NCBI GenBank assembly: GCA_964610275.1
Contig: CAZSVU010000190.1
Coordinates: 8,954-16,566 of the forward strand
Reading direction: 5' to 3'
Source of the DNA: an uncultured Polyangiaceae bacterium
GTDB taxonomy: Bacteria > Myxococcota_A > Polyangia > Polyangiales > Polyangiaceae
DNA length: 7,613 nucleotides
Shown: piece by piece, positions 1-5,471 of the stretch
How positions within the stretch are numbered: the stretch's first letter is position 1
Layout: every line of letters begins with the position of its first letter
The notes under the pieces: model-generated
Told to the model about the DNA's origin: nothing
Databases searched by the model: none
The model's input: the letters and a program-made list of their open reading frames with translations, nothing else
Translations under genes and position numbers: made by a program

Positions 1-332
1 AATGGCAGGGCGGTGGCACGTGGAACTGCACTGGCGGTGGCACTGGTGGATCCGCCGGAGCAGGCACAGGTGGCACTGCTGGCGATGGCGGTGCTGGCGG
101 TGCTGGCGGCGCCACGGCTGAGACTTGCCCCAGCGCGGCGCCGGGTGATGGCGACGACTGTGACCAGACGCTGATCAACACCACCTGTGACTACGGTGGC
201 GATGGATCGTGCACGTGTGAGGGCGGCATGGGCGGACCCAGCTGGAACTGCACCGGCGGCGGCAGCGCAGGTGCAAGCGGAACCGCGGGCGCAGCGGGAG
301 GTCAGGGCGGTCCTCCAGGCCCGGGCGGCTGA
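1..332 (+). CDS. 3' end of a Gly/Ala-rich secreted repeat protein with a six-Cys module (5'-truncated by the window edge; codons in phase with position 3; stop TGA 330..332)
   Basis: My own translation from position 3 gives WQGGGTWNCTGGGTGGSAGAGTGGTAGDGGAGGAGGATAETCPSAAPGDGDDCDQTLINTTCDYGGDGSCTCEGGMGGPSWNCTGGGSAGASGTAGAAGGQGGPPGPGG*. It is open from the window edge to the TGA. It carries the same CP..P..C..CDYG..CxC..WxC module and GGAGG-type linkers as the next gene. The ORF track omits it because it has no start codon inside the window. The overlapping track ORF 187..486 is in another frame and is Arg/Ala-rich junk. Confidence 0.7.
   Translation, partial: WQGGGTWNCTGGGTGGSAGAGTGGTAGDGGAGGAGGATAETCPSAAPGDGDDCDQTLINTTCDYGGDGSCTCEGGMGGPSWNCTGGGSAGASGTAGAAGGQGGPPGPGG
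126..251 (+). repeat. Six-Cys protein module (42 aa) in gene 1: CPSAAPGDGDDCDQTLINTTCDYGGDGSCTCEGGMGGPSWNC
   Basis: Aligns Cys for Cys with the three modules of gene 2 (C-x10-C-x8-C-x7-C-x-C-x10-C). The preceding residues TWNC (21..32) look like the end of a further upstream module. Confidence 0.75.
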
Positions 333-351
333 CGCTTCGCGAGCTTCAGCC
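327..351 (+). terminator. Imperfect hairpin overlapping the gene 1 stop codon
   Basis: In GGCTGAcGCTtcgcgAGCtTCAGCC, 327-332 pairs with 346-351 (6 bp). After one C/T mismatch, 334-336 pairs with 342-344 (3 bp), with a possible 337-341 wobble. The TGA stop (330..332) lies in the 5' arm. There is no T-tract. Confidence 0.3.
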
Positions 352-362
352 CACAACCGACA

Positions 363-400
363 GCGAAAGCCGCTCCCCCGTCAGGGGGCGCGGCTTTCGC
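363..400 (+). terminator. Strong GC-rich hairpin downstream of gene 1 (candidate intrinsic terminator, no U-tract)
   Basis: In GCGAAAGCCGCTCCCCC-GTCA-GGGGGCGCGGCTTTCGC the arms are 17 nt with a single T/C mismatch and a 4-nt loop GTCA. It lies 31 nt after the stop codon. The lack of a T-run is common in high-GC genomes but limits confidence. Confidence 0.55.
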
Positions 401-709
401 GCATCTGGACGGCCACTTGGTGGCACGAAGACGACTCTCCAAGTCCGCCCATTTTGCGAACACGGTCGCGATCACGCGCGCACTAACGATTGTAGAGCAT
501 CAGGCGCGGAGCACGCACCGACGCGACCGGTGCGCGACGCGCGGCTACGACGGCGCCACGTGCGCCGCGAGGCAACGAAATACTCACGGCGCGACGCTCA
601 TGATCGCGGTGCCGTCGGGGATTTCTACGCTCGATGCGCTACGGCGCAGCGCGCGTGATGAAAATCCGTCTGCTCCGCGTACACTCATCCTCGGGTGACC
701 CGTTCTTCT

Positions 710-714
710 GGAGG
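710..714 (+). promoter_or_regulatory. Shine-Dalgarno (GGAGG) for the ATG at 725
   Basis: GGAGG is followed by a 10-nt spacer and then ATG 725..727. Confidence 0.55.
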
Positions 715-724
715 CGATGACGAC

Positions 725-1717
725 ATGAGGCAATGGCTACGAACGACCAGCGGTATTGGATTGGCCCTGGCGGCGCTGGGTGTCGGCTGCGGTGAAGGAA
801 GCAGTGGCGCCATCGATTCGGACGGTGGCGCAGGAGGCGACGCAGCCGAGTCCGGGGGGAGCACGGGCACAGCCAGTGGCGGACGCACCAGCACCGGTGG
901 AGGCGTCAGCACGGGCGGCAGCGTGGGGTCTGGCGGCAGCACGGAGTCCGGTGGCAGCGCAGGTGCGGGCGGCAGCGGTGGTGACGCGGGCACCGCGGTC
1001 GTTGCAGGCGGTGCAGGCACGGCGGGCAGCGCCGGAACCCCGGCCATGGCCGGGGGACCCGGCACTGCCGGAACCGCTGGCCTCTCGGGGACCGCTGGTG
1101 CAATCAGCACCGCGGGCGGTCCGGCCATGGCCGGAGGCGGTGGCGCAGGAGGGGCGATCGGTCCTGCAGGGACGGCTGGCCTAGCCGGCGCTCCCGCTAC
1201 CGCTGGTGGCGCGGGTGTCGAATCCGGGGGCGCAGGCGGTGCGGGCCCGCTCTGCCCGGCGACGCGACCCCGCGACTGGGACGCATGCGATGTCAGCGAC
1301 ACTGTCGTGTGCCCCTACGGACCGTTCTCGTGTGTGTGCAGCCCGTTTGGTTGGGTGTGCGCCGGTGGCGAACCGGGCGTCGGCGGTGCTGGAGGGGACG
1401 GAGGCGCCGCGGACAACTGCCCCGCGACTGAGCCGTCTGGCAACTGCGTGCGCGGCGACATCGGGTTGATGTGCGACTACGGGACGACCACCTGCGTGTG
1501 CACCTTCCGGGACTGGCTGTGCGTCACGCCTGCGGGTGCGGGTGGCGCAGGCGGCATGGCGGGAGCTGGGGGTGCCGGGACCTGCCCCGCCACCGAGCCC
1601 ACCAGTGGGGACACGTGCCCCGAGCTGCGACAGCAGTGCGACTACGGCACGGGCACGTGCCTGTGCATCCCGACGGGCGGACAGTCTCAGGAGTGGCGCT
1701 GCGGCGGCATTCCCTGA
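725..1717 (+). CDS. Secreted (possibly lipid-anchored) Gly/Ala-rich protein with three six-Cys modules; paralogue of gene 1
   Basis: The track ORF 695..1717 begins at a GTG. I prefer ATG 725 because of the GGAGG at 710..714. The product then starts MRQWLRTTSGIGLALAALGVGC, which has two Arg, a hydrophobic core and a Cys at 788..790. This is a signal peptide with an imperfect lipobox (GVGC). About 150 aa of G/A/S/T low complexity follow, then three Cys modules separated by GGAGG linkers. The stop is TGA 1715..1717. Confidence 0.8.
   Translation: MRQWLRTTSGIGLALAALGVGCGEGSSGAIDSDGGAGGDAAESGGSTGTASGGRTSTGGGVSTGGSVGSGGSTESGGSAGAGGSGGDAGTAVVAGGAGTAGSAGTPAMAGGPGTAGTAGLSGTAGAISTAGGPAMAGGGGAGGAIGPAGTAGLAGAPATAGGAGVESGGAGGAGPLCPATRPRDWDACDVSDTVVCPYGPFSCVCSPFGWVCAGGEPGVGGAGGDGGAADNCPATEPSGNCVRGDIGLMCDYGTTTCVCTFRDWLCVTPAGAGGAGGMAGAGGAGTCPATEPTSGDTCPELRQQCDYGTGTCLCIPTGGQSQEWRCGGIP
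1253..1360 (+). repeat. Six-Cys module 1 of gene 2: CPATRPRDWDACDVSDTVVCPYGPFSCVCSPFGWVC
   Basis: 36 aa with spacing C-x10-C-x7-C-x6-C-x-C-x6-C. It shares the CPAT.P start, the (D/P)YG core, CxC and W-x-C. Confidence 0.8.
1418..1522 (+). repeat. Six-Cys module 2 of gene 2: CPATEPSGNCVRGDIGLMCDYGTTTCVCTFRDWLC
   Basis: 35 aa with spacing C-x8-C-x8-C-x6-C-x-C-x6-C. Confidence 0.8.
1583..1702 (+). repeat. Six-Cys module 3 of gene 2: CPATEPTSGDTCPELRQQCDYGTGTCLCIPTGGQSQEWRC
   Basis: 40 aa with spacing C-x10-C-x6-C-x6-C-x-C-x11-C. Confidence 0.8.
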
Positions 1718-1800
1718 GCGGCAGCGTCGAGATCGGGCCTCGGCGCGCGAAAAAGCAACTCGGCTGCTGAACCCGGGCCGACCGCGGTATAGATCGCGCC

Positions 1801-4605
1801 GTGTCCAGGAGCTCCCGGCTGACCGTCGGCGTCGATCTCGGCACCACCCACGTGGTGGTGGCATGGGCACGTACGGCGCCGGCTCAGACGCCTGAAGTCT
1901 TCCCCATCCCTCAGTGGGTCGCCCGCGGCGAAGTCGGCGAGCGTCCACTCTTGCCGTCATTCCTGTACGCTCCCATCACCGAAGAAGCCGAGCCCGATTC
2001 GTGGCAGGACTCGCCTTGGATCATCGGTGAGCACGCACGGCGACGGGGACGCGAAGTCCCCGGAAGGCTCGTCGCGTCGGCGAAGAGTTGGCTCTGCCAC
2101 GGCGCGGTGGACCGGACCGCGGCCATCCTCCCCTGGGGGACTGAAGGCGCGGACGACGTCCCTCGTGTCTCGCCAGTGCAGGCGAGCGCGCGCTTCCTCC
2201 TGCACCTGCGCAAAGCGTGGGACCAAGCCCGGCCCGAGCATCCGCTCGACCGCCAACAAGTCATCCTCACCGTTCCGGCTTCTTTCGATCAGGCGGCGCG
2301 CGAGCTCACGCTGGAGGCAGCGCGGCAAGCTGGCCTGACCGTGAGGCTGCTCGAGGAGCCGCAAGCTGCGTTCTACGATGCCATGCAGCGGATCGGCGCC
2401 AACGAGCTCGGCCGCCTTGCGGACCGCTGCGGGGGACGCGCGAGTGTGGTGGTCTGCGACGTCGGCGGGGGCACGTCGGACTTCACCCTGATTCAACTCG
2501 CGCGCACCAGCGAGGGAACGCTCAGCGTGTCCCGCACCGCAGTCGGTCGCCACCTGCTGATCGGTGGCGACAACATGGGACAGGCCCACGCGCACCGGTG
2601 CGAGCCGCGGCTGGCCGGTTCCGCCGAACGACTGGGACCTCAACGCTTCGCGCAGCTAGTGGCCGCGTGCCGAGCAGCCAAGGAACGCCTGCTCGGCCCC
2701 GAGCCGCCGGACCAGTTTCCCGTTGCCGTGGCGGGCGCCGGGTCGGCGCTGGTGGGCGCAACGCTTCGTACGGAGCTGGGGCGCGACGAGGTACGGCAAG
2801 TGGTCTTGGAAGGCTTCTTCGCCCCCGCCGCACGTGACTCCAGGCCCGGGCGTCAACGCAGCGGGCTAGTCGGATTCGGGCTCCCCTACGAGAGAGATCC
2901 CGCCATCACGCGGCACTTGGCCAGCTTTCTCACGCGGCACGCGCCCGAGACGAAGACGCCGGACGCGCTGCTTCTGAACGGAGGCGTGTTCCGCTCCGAG
3001 ACCGTGGTGAATCGCCTGGTCGAGGTCGTCGGCAGCTGGGGCGACCAGGTCCCCGAGGTGCTGCCCCAGTTTGACCCTGACCTGGCCGTGGCGCGGGGCG
3101 CGGCGACGTTCGGCTTGGCCGTGTCGGGTCATGGCATCACCATCGGCGGTGGCGCGCCCCATGGCTACTATGTCGGGTTGGACGCTCGGCACGACGCGGG
3201 ACCCTCGACCCGGTGCCGGGCCATTTGTGTGGTGCCGCGGGGCGCCAAGGAGGGGGAGCGCCACGTGGCACGTGCCCATCCACTGGCGCTGCGCGTGGGA
3301 CGTGCCGTGCGTTTCGATCTGTTCGCGTCCGATACCGGCAAGGTGCATGCGCCCGGTGAGATCGTGCGGCTGGACGAGGACCGATTTCAGCGCCTGCCCC
3401 CCGTGGCCATGCGTTTCGACTCCGAGGCGGCCGAGCCGGGCGGTGAAGTCGGCGTGGCCCTGGAAGGCGAGCTCAGTGCCATTGGAACCCTGGAGCTTTC
3501 GTGTGTGGAGACCGAGCCTGGGGAGACGAAACCGCGTCACTATCGCCTCGCCTTCGAGCTGCGCACCGCCCCGCCGAACCCGGACGCGACCACGCCCACC
3601 CGGGGCGGCCCGACCGCTCGCCCCTCCGAGCGAGCCCGCGTGGCCCGGGGACGCCTCGATGCCGCTCACGAAGCCATCGATCGGGTGTTTGGCAAGCGCC
3701 GCCAGGATGTGAAGACACGCGAAACCAAGGACCTGGTTCGCGAGCTCGAGCGATTGCTGGGGCCCCGCCCGTCCTGGACCACCGAGGTGACGCGCAGCTT
3801 GTTCGACGCCGTGGTGGGCGGCCGCAAAGCGCGGCGCCGGTCGGCGGATCACGAACGCGTCTTCTGGATGATCGCTGGATTCTGTCTCAGACCGGGGTTC
3901 GGCCATCCACGTGATCTGGAGCGAATCGGACTCTTGACACCGTTGTTTCGTGAGGGTCTCAACCATGGCCAGGAGTCCCGCGGCTGGCAGCAGTTCTTCA
4001 TCGCCTGGCGCCGGGTGGCGGCGGGGCTGGGTGAAGCGATGCAGGCGGAGATTCGAGCCAAGCTGGACCCGTTCTTGGCTCCCAGCGACTCCAAGCTCAA
4101 GAAACCCAAAGGCTTCAAGCCGCTGGCTCCCGAGGAACTCTTGGAGCTCGCGTCGTGGCTGGAACGAGTGCCAGCGGACCGGCGCGGTTTGCTGGGTCGA
4201 TGGATTCTGGATCGCACCTGGACCGATCGTGACCCACGTCTGTGGAGCGCCATCGGCCGCCTGGGTGCGAGAGTGCCCGTCTACGCCAGCGTGCATCACG
4301 TGGTCCCTCCTCGCACGGTGGAGCGCTGGCTGGATCACTTGCTGCGCGAGAAGTGGAACGAGATGCCGAGTGCCGCTGCGGCGGCTCTGCAATTGGCCCG
4401 GGTGACCGACGACCGCGCTCGCGACGTCTCGCCCGCGTTGCGGGAAGAAATCGCCCAGCGCATGGAGCAGGTCGGGGCGCGAGCAGAATGGGTCGAAGCC
4501 GTTCGCGAGTTCGTGCCGATCGCTGCGGCCGAGCGTGCTGACTTCTATGGCGAGGACCTGCCGGTCGGGCTCCGACTGCTCGGTCCCGGGGAGAACGAAG
4601 AATGA
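1801..4605 (+). CDS. Atypical long Hsp70-family (DnaK-like, actin-fold) ATPase, 934 aa, with a non-canonical Trp-rich C-terminal domain
   Basis: The Hsp70 nucleotide-binding motifs are recognisable. Phosphate-1 is GVDLGTT (DLGTT at 1834..1848). ILTVPASFDQAARELTLEAARQAGLTVRLLEEPQAAFY corresponds to DnaK ITVPAYFND..R.AT.DAG.IAGL.V.RIINEPTAAA. Phosphate-2 is DVGGGTSD (2458..2481). The adenosine motif is LLLNGGVFRS. In the first 30 codons, 26 end in G or C. Approximate domains are NBD aa 1-440, a beta-rich region aa 445-590 (..EGELSAIGTLELSCVE..), a Pro/Arg linker aa 590-625, and a helical-looking domain aa 625-934 with 11 Trp. The GTG start at 1801 is the only start between the in-frame TGA at 1768 and the DLGTT loop. 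Confidence 0.92.
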   Translation: MSRSSRLTVGVDLGTTHVVVAWARTAPAQTPEVFPIPQWVARGEVGERPLLPSFLYAPITEEAEPDSWQDSPWIIGEHARRRGREVPGRLVASAKSWLCHGAVDRTAAILPWGTEGADDVPRVSPVQASARFLLHLRKAWDQARPEHPLDRQQVILTVPASFDQAARELTLEAARQAGLTVRLLEEPQAAFYDAMQRIGANELGRLADRCGGRASVVVCDVGGGTSDFTLIQLARTSEGTLSVSRTAVGRHLLIGGDNMGQAHAHRCEPRLAGSAERLGPQRFAQLVAACRAAKERLLGPEPPDQFPVAVAGAGSALVGATLRTELGRDEVRQVVLEGFFAPAARDSRPGRQRSGLVGFGLPYERDPAITRHLASFLTRHAPETKTPDALLLNGGVFRSETVVNRLVEVVGSWGDQVPEVLPQFDPDLAVARGAATFGLAVSGHGITIGGGAPHGYYVGLDARHDAGPSTRCRAICVVPRGAKEGERHVARAHPLALRVGRAVRFDLFASDTGKVHAPGEIVRLDEDRFQRLPPVAMRFDSEAAEPGGEVGVALEGELSAIGTLELSCVETEPGETKPRHYRLAFELRTAPPNPDATTPTRGGPTARPSERARVARGRLDAAHEAIDRVFGKRRQDVKTRETKDLVRELERLLGPRPSWTTEVTRSLFDAVVGGRKARRRSADHERVFWMIAGFCLRPGFGHPRDLERIGLLTPLFREGLNHGQESRGWQQFFIAWRRVAAGLGEAMQAEIRAKLDPFLAPSDSKLKKPKGFKPLAPEELLELASWLERVPADRRGLLGRWILDRTWTDRDPRLWSAIGRLGARVPVYASVHHVVPPRTVERWLDHLLREKWNEMPSAAAAALQLARVTDDRARDVSPALREEIAQRMEQVGARAEWVEAVREFVPIAAAERADFYGEDLPVGLRLLGPGENEE
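4588..4593 (+). promoter_or_regulatory. Shine-Dalgarno-like GGGGAG for the HAD gene, embedded in the end of the Hsp70-like CDS
   Basis: GGGGAG lies 8 nt upstream of ATG 4602. The ATG overlaps the upstream TGA (ATGA at 4602..4605). Confidence 0.5.
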
Positions 4606-5222
4606 GCGAAGCGACAGCACCCCGGACGTATCGGGCCTGGTTGGTCGATCTGGACGGAACGTTGTACGACGCACGGTGGCTCAAGCTGGCGATGCTGGCC
4701 GAGTTGGGCCTGCTCGGCGCGCCCGATTGGCGCGTCGTTCGGCAGTTTCGGCGCGAGCACGAGCGACTGCGCGCGCAGGCCTACGCGGGGAAGCGCACCC
4801 CGTTCGAGGAACAGTTGCGGCGGACGGCAGCTGCGCTCGAGGCACCGCCCGAGCGGGTTCAGGCGCAAGTCGACGAGTGGATGATCCGCCGTCCCTGCAA
4901 GTGGATACGGGCGTTCCGCCGACGCTCCCTGCTGGCGGAGATCGAAGACTTCAGGGGGGCCGGAGGGCGTACGGCGGTCGTCAGCGACTACCCGGCGAAG
5001 CAGAAGCTCGAGGCCCTCGGAGCCTCTCCGCTCTTCGATGCCGTCGTCGCCAACGGGGAGCCGGGTGGACCGGATCGACTCAAGCCCGCCCCGGACGGGC
5101 TACTGCTGGCCGCGCAAGCGCTCGACGTCGCGCCCGAGGACTGCCTGGTGCTGGGCGACCGTGCGGATGCAGACGGTGCTGCCGCCCGCGCCGCAGGAAT
5201 GGCGTTTCGGTTGGTGAGGTAG
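4602..5222 (+). CDS. HAD-superfamily hydrolase (subfamily IA-like phosphatase, helical C1 cap)
   Basis: All four HAD motifs are present. Motif I is LVDLDGTLYD (DLDGT at 4647..4661). Motif II is AVVSDYP. Motif III is the Lys in RLKPAPDG. Motif IV is LVLGDRADAD. A cap insert of about 100 aa lies between motifs I and II. The gene overlaps the upstream gene by 4 nt. Confidence 0.88.
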   Translation: MSEATAPRTYRAWLVDLDGTLYDARWLKLAMLAELGLLGAPDWRVVRQFRREHERLRAQAYAGKRTPFEEQLRRTAAALEAPPERVQAQVDEWMIRRPCKWIRAFRRRSLLAEIEDFRGAGGRTAVVSDYPAKQKLEALGASPLFDAVVANGEPGGPDRLKPAPDGLLLAAQALDVAPEDCLVLGDRADADGAAARAAGMAFRLVR

Positions 5223-5245
5223 CCCGCGAGCTTCGCTCGCGGGCT
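5221..5245. terminator. Perfect hairpin H1 overlapping the HAD stop codon (candidate terminator; conserved-apex family)
   Basis: AGCCCGCGAGC-TTC-GCTCGCGGGCT has 11-bp perfect arms. The TAG stop (5220..5222) runs into the 5' arm. The stem extends to AGGT/TCCT with one mismatch. There is no T-tract. Confidence 0.6.
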
Positions 5246-5410
5246 TCCTTGGCAAATCCCGTCCACCCCTACTGCTTCCCAACGACCTGCGGCAGAGCAG
5301 GTTTCCGCGCCTGACTGGTCCTGACGCCTTGGAACGGGTCGCGCACTGAGTCCCGTTGTGCCGCTTCTGGTTGGGAAGCAGCAGAGGTCTCCGGCCGTTG
5401 GGAAGGAGGC

Positions 5411-5429
5411 CGCCGAGCTTCGCTCGGCG
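5411..5429. repeat. Hairpin H2 of the conserved-apex family
   Basis: CGCCGAGC-TTC-GCTCGGCG has 8-bp perfect arms and the same 11-nt apex GAGCTTCGCTC as H1 and H3. Confidence 0.6.
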
Positions 5430-5444
5430 ACTGATCATGCCGAA

Positions 5445-5467
5445 CCCCGTGAGCTTCGCTCACGGGG
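5445..5467. terminator. Hairpin H3 of the conserved-apex family; candidate terminator of the minus-strand diguanylate cyclase gene
   Basis: CCCCGTGAGC-TTC-GCTCACGGGG has 10-bp perfect arms. It lies 4 nt beyond the DGC stop codon (CTA on the plus strand at 5472..5474). Confidence 0.55.
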
Positions 5468-5471
5468 GGCG

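Noticed and set aside
421-435. Sigma-54-like -24 element TGGCAC
   Set aside because: The -12 position reads CGAC rather than TTGC, so the required GC dinucleotide at the correct spacing is absent. No enhancer-binding-protein gene is in the window.
532-597. 9-mer GCGCGACGC repeated at 532..540 and 589..597, with small palindromes (GCACCG/CGGTGC 515..533, GCGCT/AGCGC about 636..652) in the gene 2 upstream region
   Set aside because: These are short, GC-only motifs of a kind expected fairly often by chance in this composition. I can support no consistent operator-like architecture.
656-685. Possible sigma-70-type promoter for gene 2 (TACACT at 680..685, with TGATGA/GATGAA about 17-18 nt upstream). 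TTGCGA at 454..459 was also examined.
   Set aside because: The -35 matches are poor, and no acceptable -10 lies at the right spacing from TTGCGA. Myxobacterial promoters are hard to call by eye, so this is not reportable as a feature.
187-698. Track ORFs 187..486 and 417..698 in the gene 1/gene 2 spacer
   Set aside because: 187..486 is out of frame with the Cys-module reading and runs through both hairpins. For 417..698 (TTG start) I counted 65 of 93 codons ending in G/C, about the bulk composition, against 26 of 30 at the start of the Hsp70-like gene. Its product is Arg-rich with no motifs. I treat 401..724 as non-coding (promoter and 5' UTR of gene 2).
830-1250. G-rich plus strand of the low-complexity stalk as a possible G-quadruplex region
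   Set aside because: I could not find four closely spaced runs of three or more G. The G richness is explained by Gly (GGN) and Ala (GCN) codons.
685-1302. 205-aa Pro/Ala-rich ORF on the minus strand, opposite gene 2
   Set aside because: It is the antisense shadow of GGN/GCN-rich coding sequence, which reads as CCN/GCN codons. It lacks the signal peptide, Cys-module logic and RBS that support the plus-strand reading. The same applies to 756..1184 (+), 906..1103 (-) and 1206..1469 (+).
2866-4674. 602-aa ORF on the minus strand inside the Hsp70-like gene, plus many 60-230-aa ORFs in other frames (e.g. 1957..2643, 2217..2837, 3071..3712, 4115..4684)
   Set aside because: Long stop-free antisense and off-frame ORFs are expected in high-GC DNA. 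Their products are Arg/Pro/Gly-rich with no recognisable motifs. The plus frame from 1801 carries unambiguous Hsp70 motifs and a G/C third-position bias.
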